Source: Treponema sp. (GTDB taxonomy: Bacteria > Spirochaetota > Spirochaetia > Treponematales > Breznakiellaceae). Taken from it: 64,000 nucleotides of DNA. The notes beneath the pieces were generated by a model. It was not told where the DNA came from. It ran no database searches and saw only the letters and a list, made by a program, of their open reading frames with translations. Positions 10,075 to 19,051 of the stretch are shown piece after piece (position 1 is the stretch's first letter; the number at the start of each line of letters is the position of its first letter). The stretch is from contig JAITCL010000119.1 in assembly GCA_031283105.1 (NCBI GenBank), positions 8,885-72,884 on the forward strand, in the 5' to 3' direction. The translations under genes and the position numbers were made by a program.

Positions 10075-10103
10075 TTGACAACCCGGGGCTTTGCGCTTAC
10101 CAT
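10075..10103 (+). promoter_or_regulatory. sigma70 promoter of the GH43 gene
   Basis: TTGACA-N17-TACCAT upstream of SD GGGGG and ATG 10120. Confidence 0.65.
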
Positions 10104-10119
10104 ACAGTACGGGGGAACA

Positions 10120-11751
10120 ATGATACTGACCTGCCGCAACCCCATTCTGGGCGGCTTTTATCCCGATCCTTCAATCTGCCGCGTAGGGTCTGACTTTTAT
10201 CTGGTTAATTCTACATTTGCGTATTTTCCCGGCATTCCCATTTTTCACAGCAGGGACTTGCGCCATTGGACGCAAATCGGCAACGCTATCCACCGCCCGG
10301 GGCAGCTCTGTTTTGACGGGCACCGGATTTCCGAAGGGCTGTTTGCTCCTACCCTCCGCCATAACAAGGGAACTTTTTACATTCTCTGCACCTTGATACG
10401 CACCGGCGGCAATTTTATCATTACCGCGCAAGACCCCGCCGGCCCCTGGTCGGATCCGGTCTGGCTTTCCGGCGCCGACGGTATAGACCCTTCGATATTT
10501 TTTGATGATGACGGAAAAGTCTGGTATACCGGAACCCATCCCGCGCCGGAAGGGGAAGCGTATCCGGGCAACTACGAAATTTATATCCGGGAAATGGATC
10601 TTTCATTGCTTGCGGAGAAAAAGAATCCCCTGATCGGCGAAAGTATCGGTATTTGGCGGGGGGCGCTGCGTAACGCCATTTGGCCGGAGGGGCCGCACCT
10701 TTACCGAATCAATAACTCGTATTATTTGATTCATGCCGAAGGGGGAACCAGCCGGGATCACGCGGTATGCGCCGCCCGCGCTCAAAATATCCGCGGCCCC
10801 TGGGAGGGGAAACCGGGTAATCCGGTGGTAACGCACCGCTATTTGGAAAAAAACGCGGCAATTGTCAACGTGGGGCATGCGGATATGACCGATGACCCTG
10901 AGGGAAACTGGTGGATGGTTCTGCTGGCTTCCCGTCCCTTTCAGGGGGTATGTCCCCTGGGCAGGGAAACTTTCATGGTTCCGGTTTTCTGGGAAGACGG
11001 CTGGCCCTTTATCGCGTCAAAAACCGGACTGGTTGAGGAAGAATTCCCCCTGCCCTATACGCCACACGATACGGTTAACATTAACCGGACTCCTGAAAGT
11101 TCCTGCGACCATTTTACCGTTAGCCGCAACGATGACGGCGGCACCATGACACCTGACGCATTAAAGCTGCCGCTGCACTGGCTGATACTCCGTATGCCCG
11201 CCAGTGAACAAGACGCCGCCTTGAGCCTGACGGCACGGCACGGCGCACTGCGGCTGTTTACTAAAGCGGCGGTCATGCGCGGCAAAGACCACCCCGCTTT
11301 TGCCGGCAGGCGGCTAAGGCACAAAAACTGGACATTCTCCGCCGCCATTGAATTTAATCCCCGCACGGATTCCGAATCCGCCGGAATCATTCTGCTTCAG
11401 AGTGAAGACTGGCAGTACCGTTTTGAAATTTTTCTCCATAATTCCGGTTTTTCCGCGTTACGGATTATCCGCGCGGCGGGCAAAGAAGATGAACTGGTCA
11501 TTTCTGCGCCTCTGACGGAAACGCCGCTGGTTCTGGCGGTGCGCTGCGAAGAAATGGCTCTTTCTTTTTTTTACGGAAAAGATCAATATTCACTGAAACA
11601 TCTTTACAGCCCGTTGGATGCCCGCATCCTCAGCGCCGAATACTCAGGCGGCTTTGTGGGTACGCTGGCAGGGATCTTCGCGTCGGGTAACGGAAAGGAT
11701 ACCGATAATTACGCCGACATACTCTGGGCGGAATATCAGGGGCTGGATTAA
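10120..11751 (+). CDS. Glycoside hydrolase family 43 beta-xylosidase/arabinofuranosidase
   Basis: NPILGGFYPDPSICRVG, GIDPSIFFDDDG, WPEGPHLY, PLGRETF; C-terminal beta-sandwich ending GGFVG. Confidence 0.93.
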   Translation: MILTCRNPILGGFYPDPSICRVGSDFYLVNSTFAYFPGIPIFHSRDLRHWTQIGNAIHRPGQLCFDGHRISEGLFAPTLRHNKGTFYILCTLIRTGGNFIITAQDPAGPWSDPVWLSGADGIDPSIFFDDDGKVWYTGTHPAPEGEAYPGNYEIYIREMDLSLLAEKKNPLIGESIGIWRGALRNAIWPEGPHLYRINNSYYLIHAEGGTSRDHAVCAARAQNIRGPWEGKPGNPVVTHRYLEKNAAIVNVGHADMTDDPEGNWWMVLLASRPFQGVCPLGRETFMVPVFWEDGWPFIASKTGLVEEEFPLPYTPHDTVNINRTPESSCDHFTVSRNDDGGTMTPDALKLPLHWLILRMPASEQDAALSLTARHGALRLFTKAAVMRGKDHPAFAGRRLRHKNWTFSAAIEFNPRTDSESAGIILLQSEDWQYRFEIFLHNSGFSALRIIRAAGKEDELVISAPLTETPLVLAVRCEEMALSFFYGKDQYSLKHLYSPLDARILSAEYSGGFVGTLAGIFASGNGKDTDNYADILWAEYQGLD

Positions 11752-11778
11752 TTAGAGTCTGTCCAATAAATAAGAATT

Positions 11779-11841
11779 AACCACAGAGAAACACGGAGTT
11801 TTAGTACGAAAACCATTTTTTCCTCCGTGTACTCCGTGGTT
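11779..11841. repeat. Nonamer palindromic repeat (CACGGAG family)
   Basis: Inverted copy of 2666-2752 sharing the spacer gtacgaaaaccattt. Confidence 0.8.
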
Positions 11842-11874
11842 ATATTCTTCAAGAATTTGAGGGAATATTATCTG

Positions 11875-11902
11875 TAAAATCAACCGTTCAATCTGCCGAT
11901 AA
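11875..11902 (+). promoter_or_regulatory. sigma28 (FliA)-type promoter
   Basis: TAAA-N16-GCCGATAA, 7 nt before ATG 11910. Confidence 0.6.
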
Positions 11903-11909
11903 TGAAGTT

Positions 11910-14711
11910 ATGAAATCTATAACACGGACTGGCTATCTCTTTTTGACGGTAGCGGCATTGTTTGCCTGCACCAGCGCGCCCAGAGTTTCGAACAACAGCG
12001 TATGGTCGCTGCTGGCAAAAGGCGACCAGCGGGCAAAAAATTATTTTATGGGTGAAGTCGACGTTAACGCGCGGGATGCCAACGGTAAAACGCCGCTGCA
12101 CTATGCGGCGGAACAGAACGACCCGGCGCTTGCGGCCTTTTTTATCGCAATGGGCGCCGATGTTAACGCGGAAGACCGTTCCGGCGAAACGCCGCTGGGG
12201 GTATGCGCTGATAAAGGAAGCGTCAAAGCGGCGAAGGTTATTGCCTCGTCCGGAGCGGATATACATAAACTCACCAAAAACGGCATAAGCATTGCCTATA
12301 CCGCCCTTCTGGATATTCCCTTTTTGGAGGCCATACTAACGCCGGCTACTATGGAATCGACGGACAGTGACGGGAAAACGATTCTGCATAGCGCCAGCGA
12401 GGCGGGAAATGTTGAGGCGGTCAAAACGATACTTGCCGCCATTGAAGCTGATGGGAACAAGCCGTTGGCGGCAGCCGGAAACAGAAACGGCCCGCTGGAT
12501 AAAAGAGATCCGAATGGCCAAAATGCGCTGGACATTGCCCTGTCCCGCCCCGATTCACGGGATCACATGGAAACAGCCGAACAGCTTATCCTTGCGAGGG
12601 CTGTTTCTGATAATCCCATTTACCACTATTTTGCCCCCGCGGCAAGGAACGCCAATTACGATTTGCGCAGAGCGGACGGGCTTGCCCCCCTCCATTTTGC
12701 CGCGCGGGAAGGCCATGAAGGGCTTATAAGTTTTCTAATAGAAAGAAAAGCCAATATCAATATTAAAAATTCTTCCGGCGCGACGCCTCTGCATGAAGCC
12801 GCCCGGTCGGGCAAAGTCAGCGTTATAAAACTTATCATTAAAAACGGGGCTGAAATCAATACTCAGGACGCAAGCGGCAATTCCGTATTGCATATTGCAG
12901 TCCCCGCGGAAAATCATCAGGCGGTCATACAATTGTTCTTGGGCAGCGGAGTAAATCCCAATCTGCGGGATGAGCACGGCGATACGCCGCTCCATGTTCT
13001 GGTCAGCCTGAACCGGGGGCCGGAAACAGTCAGTACCCTTCTTGACGGCGAGGTTGATATTTCGGCGCGTAACGTTACCGGGCAAACCCCGCTGTATCTT
13101 GCCGTACATGAAAACCGCCTCACGCTGATTCCCCTGCTTTTGTCCAGGGGTTCGGATATTTTTGCCGCGGACAATTCCGGCGTCACTCCCTTTGACTATG
13201 CCATGAAAATCAAAGGCCCGATTCTTGACGCCTTGATAACCCCGGAAACAGCCCAGCAAAAGGACAGCGCGGGAAATACCATTTTGCACCTCGCGGTAAA
13301 AAACAGGGGAGACGCCCTGATTATAGGGAAGATTCTTGATCAAAATGCCAATATCAACGCCCGTAACGGCGACGGAGACACTGCCCTGCATATAGCGGCG
13401 CGGACAAATCAAAAAGACGCCGGCGAATATATCCTTTCAAAAAGGGCAAATATTTTTTATGCCAATTCCATCGGTGAAAGCCCGCTGTACATAGCGCTCA
13501 CTCACCCGTCGGGGGTACTGCAATGGATGTTCACCCGTGAAACGGTAACGGCCCATGACGGGCTGGGGAATACCATGCTGCACTATGTCGCGTTGTGGAG
13601 AATGGACAAGCATATACCCTTCATCATTCAGCAGGGAGTCTCTACCGAAGCGGCAAACGCCACCGGAGAAACGCCCCTGTTCTGGGCGGTCAAATACGAC
13701 GGCGCTTCCACCGTCAAGGCGTTGCTGGCGGCAAATGCAAATCTGCATGCCCGCGACAGCCTGGGCAATTCGGCTCTTCATGCCGCGGTGCGCTGGAACG
13801 CAAAAAACGCGGTTACTACCCTTCTGAACGCGGGCATAGACGCCAACGTTCATTCACTGGATATGACCACCCCCCTGCATGAGGCAGTCCGGCTGGGCAT
13901 CACCGACATTGCCGTTATTCTGATTAACCGGGGCGCCGATCTTGAAGTCCGCGACGCGGGGGGCAATACGCCGTTTATGGAAGCGGTCAAGGCCGGCCAG
14001 ATTCAGACCGTAAACCTGCTCGCCAAAATGGGCGCTAACCCCATGACCAGAAATGCCAACGGGGATACCCCCCTGCACGCCGCCATAGCGCGGGAAGACA
14101 GCGCTTCCGTCAAGGCATTATTGGGTATGGGGGTTTCGATTCATGCCCGTAATACCCGCAACCGGACTCCTTTTCAAATTGCCCTGAATGATTATCCTGA
14201 AACGGTTTCCGTTTTATTGACCAAAGACCGGATAAACGGCGCTGATGATTTTGGCAATTCCCCGCTGCATATCGCCATACAGGAAAAAGTCCCGGCGTCG
14301 ACATTACGCATAATTATTGAAAAGGGAACGCGTTTGAGCGCCGTTGATTTCAACGGACGCATACCTCTGCGCCTTGCCGCCGATATGAACGACTGGGAAC
14401 TTGCCCGTGTTCTTGCCGACGCGGGATCAGACCCGTTTTCGCCGGCAGTTGACAATAAAACTTCCGGCGAAGTCGCCATTGTCCGGGGCGGCGACGCTAT
14501 CCGCGCGGTGTTCTCCGGCAGGGCAATCAACGCCAAAGACGGTTCCGGCAACACGGTACTCCACTATGCCGCACGAATGGGCAAACCGGAATCGATAAAT
14601 TTGCTGTTGGAACTGGGCGCAGCCAAAGGCGCGAAAAATATATCCGCGGAAAGCCCCGCCGATGTGGCCCTGCGCTGGAACAACCGTGAAAATGCCGCAC
14701 TGTTGAATTAA
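11910..14711 (+). CDS. Large ankyrin-repeat lipoprotein
   Basis: Lipobox LFAC; about 20 G.TPLH.AA ankyrin repeats. Confidence 0.93.
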   Translation: MKSITRTGYLFLTVAALFACTSAPRVSNNSVWSLLAKGDQRAKNYFMGEVDVNARDANGKTPLHYAAEQNDPALAAFFIAMGADVNAEDRSGETPLGVCADKGSVKAAKVIASSGADIHKLTKNGISIAYTALLDIPFLEAILTPATMESTDSDGKTILHSASEAGNVEAVKTILAAIEADGNKPLAAAGNRNGPLDKRDPNGQNALDIALSRPDSRDHMETAEQLILARAVSDNPIYHYFAPAARNANYDLRRADGLAPLHFAAREGHEGLISFLIERKANINIKNSSGATPLHEAARSGKVSVIKLIIKNGAEINTQDASGNSVLHIAVPAENHQAVIQLFLGSGVNPNLRDEHGDTPLHVLVSLNRGPETVSTLLDGEVDISARNVTGQTPLYLAVHENRLTLIPLLLSRGSDIFAADNSGVTPFDYAMKIKGPILDALITPETAQQKDSAGNTILHLAVKNRGDALIIGKILDQNANINARNGDGDTALHIAARTNQKDAGEYILSKRANIFYANSIGESPLYIALTHPSGVLQWMFTRETVTAHDGLGNTMLHYVALWRMDKHIPFIIQQGVSTEAANATGETPLFWAVKYDGASTVKALLAANANLHARDSLGNSALHAAVRWNAKNAVTTLLNAGIDANVHSLDMTTPLHEAVRLGITDIAVILINRGADLEVRDAGGNTPFMEAVKAGQIQTVNLLAKMGANPMTRNANGDTPLHAAIAREDSASVKALLGMGVSIHARNTRNRTPFQIALNDYPETVSVLLTKDRINGADDFGNSPLHIAIQEKVPASTLRIIIEKGTRLSAVDFNGRIPLRLAADMNDWELARVLADAGSDPFSPAVDNKTSGEVAIVRGGDAIRAVFSGRAINAKDGSGNTVLHYAARMGKPESINLLLELGAAKGAKNISAESPADVALRWNNRENAALLN

Positions 14712-14751
14712 GGAAGCACTGATTAATTCGATGAAGAAAAAGGGAAGAATA

Positions 14752-14799
14752 GGCAGGCAGGCAGTGCGGAGCGGGCAAAAAACCGGGAGAATCTGCCCG
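14752..14799 (-). repeat. Partial inverted copy (3' arm only) of structured element subfamily A
   Basis: Reverse complement ggcagattctcccggttttttgcccgc matches 425-451. Confidence 0.7.
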
Positions 14800-14840
14800 C
14801 CTGTCCATGCTGTGTCATTCAGTGATTGTCACCCCCAGTA

Positions 14841-14924
14841 CTTCCGCTCTTGCGCAAAAGGTTTTTATTCCTGCGCAAAATGCTTCCGCCACTGCGCAGA
14901 AGGTTTTTGCTCATGCGCAAAAAT
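14841..14924. repeat. 21-bp-period tandem repeat with four TGCGCA palindromes
   Basis: TGCGCA at 14851, 14872, 14893 and 14914; a 42-bp unit duplicated. Confidence 0.8.
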
Positions 14925-14965
14925 CCCCAATACCAAAAATAGTGCCTGACACCCGGCGTTCCCTA

Positions 14966-15484
14966 TCACTCTTTCACTTCCCCTTGACTCCAAGACTTTG
15001 TGGCGCTGCCTTTTGAAAAGGTAACTGAGTCAAAATCTAAAACTGTTAATGTGCTATCGTAGCTAAGTGTTTGAGAATCGCATATCCAAACTTCAGAGTA
15101 AGGACCGTTTATGGTATCATTGCCGGAATATCTTCGCCATTCAAATTTGCTTACATCTAACACCCACATAGGCATACTTACGCTCCCATTTGAAATGCGA
15201 GACATTTTGGAACCCCAAACTCCAACGTTTGGGTCTTCACATCCAAAGTGAGGAACACTGGTAGAGTCAGCTAACTCGATGTATCCCCTGTATAGCGCAT
15301 ATTTTCCATTATACTCTGAAGGAATACCGGTCAGGGTAAATTTCCCGCCGCTTCCGCCGCCTCCACCTCCACCACCGCCGCCGTCATCATCGCCACCGCA
15401 AGCGGTCATTGAAAACCCGATTACCGCTACAAGGGCGATAATGCCGAACAAGCGTACCAAAGGTACTTTGCTTCTGTTTTTCAT
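14966..15484 (-). CDS. Lipoprotein with poly-Gly linker
   Basis: Signal IIALVAVIGFSMTAC, then GGDDDG10SGG linker; SD AAGGAG. Confidence 0.85.
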   Translation of the reverse strand: MKNRSKVPLVRLFGIIALVAVIGFSMTACGGDDDGGGGGGGGGGSGGKFTLTGIPSEYNGKYALYRGYIELADSTSVPHFGCEDPNVGVWGSKMSRISNGSVSMPMWVLDVSKFEWRRYSGNDTINGPYSEVWICDSQTLSYDSTLTVLDFDSVTFSKGSATKSWSQGEVKE

Positions 15485-15639
15485 ACTTAACTCCTTCTTA
15501 ATTTAACCAGCCGATTTCCTGAATCTCCTCTGTGAAACCACAAAAAAACACAGGAATATGAAGCTACACTTCATATTATGAAATTATAGTTCATAAGTCA
15601 ATAGCTAAAAAGCCATTATTATTAGATTCAAGAGGAAAA

Positions 15640-16128
15640 ATGCCCAAAAAAAAGGCAAATATAAAGGAAATTTTAGCGGCTAATCTCAGGTATAACCGCC
15701 GGAAAAAGGGCTTAACTCAGGAAAAATTGGCGGAGATGGCGGATATGTCGCTTCGTTACCTTGCCATGCTTGAGCTGGGAAACGGTTTCCCTTCGGGCGA
15801 AATGCTGGAAAAATTATCAAAAGCCCTTGACATTCAAGCCTTTCAACTTTTTTACCCTTCATCAACGCCGGAAGGCGCTATGCTCCATTTAGAGCAGTCT
15901 ATAATTGCCAATATAGAAAAGGTTGTAAGCACGGTATTAAAACAATCTGAAAATGACCCTTCTATAAAGAGAGAATTGGAACAGTTAAGGCAGGAAATAA
16001 TTCAAGATATAAAAAATAACTACGATGATAAATTAGAGAAGTCAATTATATTTAATATTGAAAATGTTGTCAAAATGTCGGTAAAACAGGCTGTCGCTGC
16101 TGAATTCAAAAATCTTAAAAAAAGATAA
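15640..16128 (+). CDS. XRE-family HTH transcriptional regulator
   Basis: NLRYNRRKKGLTQEKLAEMADMSLRYLAMLELGNGFPS; divergent from the lipoprotein gene. Confidence 0.9.
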   Translation: MPKKKANIKEILAANLRYNRRKKGLTQEKLAEMADMSLRYLAMLELGNGFPSGEMLEKLSKALDIQAFQLFYPSSTPEGAMLHLEQSIIANIEKVVSTVLKQSENDPSIKRELEQLRQEIIQDIKNNYDDKLEKSIIFNIENVVKMSVKQAVAAEFKNLKKR

Positions 16129-16241
16129 CTGTTGTTATGGGCGATGAGAGGGGGCGATTTACTTGTAGGAAATAGCGGTGGTAACGGCAGGCGCATAAGG
16201 TAACGGCAGAAGTGGCAGATACTACGGGTTCGCCCTATTGC

Positions 16242-16349
16242 CTACTGTTCTACCAGTTTTTTGTCCTGGTGTTCACGCCACATGGATACACAGCCCATTA
16301 TTATGAGGGGCAGAACAACGATTAACGCGGATAATACGATTACTTGCAT
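16242..16349 (-). CDS. Small single-TM peptide (35 aa, MQVIVLSALIVVLPLIIMGCVSMWREHQDKKLVEQ)
   Basis: Below the ORF-track cutoff; SD AAGGAG overlaps the end of the upstream ORF; hydrophobic helix plus charged tail. Confidence 0.6.
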   Translation of the reverse strand: MQVIVLSALIVVLPLIIMGCVSMWREHQDKKLVEQ

Positions 16350-16352
16350 AGT

Positions 16353-16586
16353 TTACTCCTTGTCTCCTTCGGTTTTCTGGTCTCTTGTTGTTAACAAAAG
16401 ACCAAAAATGAATGTTACGATGGCTAATACCAAGCCTCCCATAATAATCATAGCCTGCGGTAATTCACCCCGCAAGATGCCTGCAATGAACATACCTCCG
16501 AAAACCAGCTTGCCGATGTCAAGCAATAGTTTTCCAAGGTTTTCCCTGAATGTTGTCTGTTTTCTCGGTTTCTTTTCTTTGCCCAT
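16353..16586 (-). CDS. Small two-TM membrane protein (DUF6722-like)
   Basis: ENLGKLLLDIGKLVFGGMFI...; promoter TTGATA-N17-TATAGT 6 nt before ATG 16586. Confidence 0.65.
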   Translation of the reverse strand: MGKEKKPRKQTTFRENLGKLLLDIGKLVFGGMFIAGILRGELPQAMIIMGGLVLAIVTFIFGLLLTTRDQKTEGDKE

Positions 16587-16706
16587 GCTTATACTATACG
16601 GGTTCCCAGTGAGAGTATCAAGTAAAAAAGGGGGCGTTCTTGGGGGGGAATCGGAGCTTGCCATACAGAAACGAGTATAGTATAGTGAAGACAAGAGGAA
16701 AATTGT

Positions 16707-16946
16707 ATGTATGCCGCCTATCATTTACGAGCCGATGAGATTAACGATGATATTATTCAAATTTTGAAAAACACCTATCGGCATGATGAAATAGTCATAC
16801 TGCCCAAAAATGCCTATACTGAGATTGAAAAAATACGGCATAATACGGCGTTTACTGAAAAATTACAGCAAGGCATACGGGATATTGAAGAAGGACGGGG
16901 CATTGTAAAAACAATGGTTGAGCTAGAGGCCATGGAGAATGAATGA
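16707..16946 (+). CDS. Putative antitoxin (YefM/Phd-like)
   Basis: 79 aa, overlaps a yoeB-type toxin; C-terminus LQQGIRDIEEGRG is typical; promoter TTGCCA-N17-TATAGT. Confidence 0.65.
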   Translation: MYAAYHLRADEINDDIIQILKNTYRHDEIVILPKNAYTEIEKIRHNTAFTEKLQQGIRDIEEGRGIVKTMVELEAMENE

Positions 16947-17199
16947 CCTTGTTTTTACCCCAGAGGCTTTTAAGGAATACCTTGAATGGCTTACCGAAGA
17001 CAAAAAAACATTTAAGAAAATTAACGACCTGATAAAGGATATACAACGTAATGGGCTTACAACAGGGACAGGTAAACCTGAACCGCTTAAACATATAAAA
17101 GGTTACAGCCGCCATATTGATCATGAAAACCGTTTGGTTTATTCCAGTGACGAAAAACATAATTTGCGTATTATGAGTTGCAAGGGGCATTACTTATAA
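16939..17199 (+). CDS. yoeB: Txe/YoeB-family toxin
   Basis: KKINDLIKDIQRN..GTGKPEPLKH..YSRHIDHENRLVY..SCKGHY. Confidence 0.93.
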   Translation: MNDLVFTPEAFKEYLEWLTEDKKTFKKINDLIKDIQRNGLTTGTGKPEPLKHIKGYSRHIDHENRLVYSSDEKHNLRIMSCKGHYL

Positions 17200-17253
17200 T
17201 TAGGCGAGAAGGTAAATGCAAACGGTGTCAATGCCATTTTAGCCAATGCAGAA

Positions 17254-17334
17254 ATGTATGCCCAATAGAGTAATTTGGGGCTTGGTGCGGTGCTTGTAAT
17301 AATTGCCCCCCAAGTAAAATTTTTAGGCATACAT
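17254..17334. mobile_element. Small MITE-like element with ATGTATGCC/GGCATACAT ends
   Basis: Inverted, internally deleted copy of 24850-24983. Confidence 0.65.
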
Positions 17335-17650
17335 CGTGTTTACATTACGCAGAAAAATTGTAGGGTTGAGAATTATTTTTTTGGGAGTAAAATCCCCGCG
17401 CCGTAAAGTAGCCGCCTGTCGGTGGCAATTTTAAGAGGCGCGGAGAGACGAATGAATGGCGCGCGCTGCTCAGGCTAAAGCCTTCGCGCTTTTGTTGAAA
17501 AATGGGGATTTTATTTGCGCTACGCCGTGCCGCATTTTTACAAAAACGCACTGCGTGCGCCATTTCTTGGCGGGCAAAAAGAATTTTTTGGATTTTATGC
17601 TTCTTTTAGCCAATTATAAAGATTCGCAAAACTGTTATAACTTATAATAG

Positions 17651-17856
17651 ACTTGTTCGATAACCCGGTTGGTTATCGAACAAGTTAAGCAAAATACTCT
17701 GTATTTTGCAGTTTTTTAGAGGAAGTTGGAAGTGTCCGAAAAGTTTGTAAAACTTATTCGGACACTTTCTTTAATATCGTATTTTCGTAATATTTCGTAG
17801 AAATATGAGAAAATACAAGGGCTGTTCAGGAAGTAACCGACTTCCTGGACAGCCCC
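17651..17856. repeat. Chain of five consecutive hairpins (MITE-like)
   Basis: Hairpins at 17651-17685, 17689-17709, 17730-17767, 17779-17816 and 17819-17856. Confidence 0.65.
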
Positions 17857-17883
17857 AACTCTAATAACAAAACGGGAGCGAAA

Positions 17884-19041
17884 ATGTCAAATATCATTTT
17901 GCTGGGGCTGGTCAGCCTTTTTACTGATATAAGCGCCGAAATGGTGTATCCCATTCTGCCGTTGTACCTGTCGGCGGTGATGGGCGCGGGGCCGGCTGTC
18001 ATCGGGATAATCGAAGGCATTGCCGAAAGCCTTGCCAGCGTCGTCAAACTGTTTTCCGGCATTATCGCCGACCGCTACGGGCATAAAAAGCGCCTTGCCA
18101 TTTTCGGCTATGCCTCGTCAACGGTGAATAAAATTATCATTTTACTGGCGGCTTCATGGAGCGGCGTTTTACTGGCCCGCATTATTGACCGTTTCGGCAA
18201 GGGCATACGCACCGCCCCCCGCGACGCGCTGATCGCCGAATCCGCCGGCAGTTCCGGCAGGGGCAAAGCCTACGGCCTGCACAAGGGACTAGACTTGCTG
18301 GGAACGGCCATCGGCATTTTATTGGCATGGTTGATTTTATCAAGCGGCGATAACCAGTACAAAAAGATTTTTCTTTATTCGCTGATTCCCGCGTTTATCG
18401 GGCTTGCCATTCTGTTTTTGGTAAAGGATAAAAAACAGGAAAGTGCCGGCAAGACAATCGCCTTTAACTGGAAGAATCTTAACCCGCGGCTCAAGCTGTT
18501 TTTGGTTTTTATTTTTATATTTACCCTGGGCAATTCATCCAATGCGTTTATTATTCTGCGGGCGGTGGACGCCGGTTTTTCAAAAACCAATGTGATTCTG
18601 CTGTATTTTCTGTACAATATGACCGGTTCCCTTTTGTCCTATCCGGCGGGACTGCTCTCAGATAAATTCGGCAGAAAAAACCTTTTATGTACCGGCTATC
18701 TGCTGTACGGCATCGTGTATCTGGGAATTGCGCTTATAGCGAATAACACTGCTTTTATTGCGTTATTTGTCATTTACGGTTTTTATACGGCGCTGACTAC
18801 CGGCGTTGAACGGGCGCTGATTGTTGACATTGCCCCGCCGCAGCACAAGGCCGGCGCTCTGGGCTTACATTCCGCCATTGTGGGAATAGGCTTGCTGCCC
18901 GCGTCGGTCATCGCCGGTTTTTTATGGAAATGGCTGGGGCCTTCCGCGCCCTTCCTCTTTGGCGGCGTGCTGGCATTTGTTACCGGTGTCGCTGTATTTA
19001 TTATTTTAAGCGGCAAGCCGGCGCAGGCCGCGCAGTCATAG
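17884..19041 (+). CDS. MFS transporter
   Basis: About 12 TM segments; motif A SGIIADRYGHKK and GLLSDKFGRK; DRFGKGIRTAPRDALI. Confidence 0.92.
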   Translation: MSNIILLGLVSLFTDISAEMVYPILPLYLSAVMGAGPAVIGIIEGIAESLASVVKLFSGIIADRYGHKKRLAIFGYASSTVNKIIILLAASWSGVLLARIIDRFGKGIRTAPRDALIAESAGSSGRGKAYGLHKGLDLLGTAIGILLAWLILSSGDNQYKKIFLYSLIPAFIGLAILFLVKDKKQESAGKTIAFNWKNLNPRLKLFLVFIFIFTLGNSSNAFIILRAVDAGFSKTNVILLYFLYNMTGSLLSYPAGLLSDKFGRKNLLCTGYLLYGIVYLGIALIANNTAFIALFVIYGFYTALTTGVERALIVDIAPPQHKAGALGLHSAIVGIGLLPASVIAGFLWKWLGPSAPFLFGGVLAFVTGVAVFIILSGKPAQAAQS

Positions 19042-19051
19042 GCGGGCAGAA

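Noticed and set aside
14841-14924. Possible CRISPR array
   Set aside because: The period is only 21 bp, there are no unique spacers, and no cas genes are present
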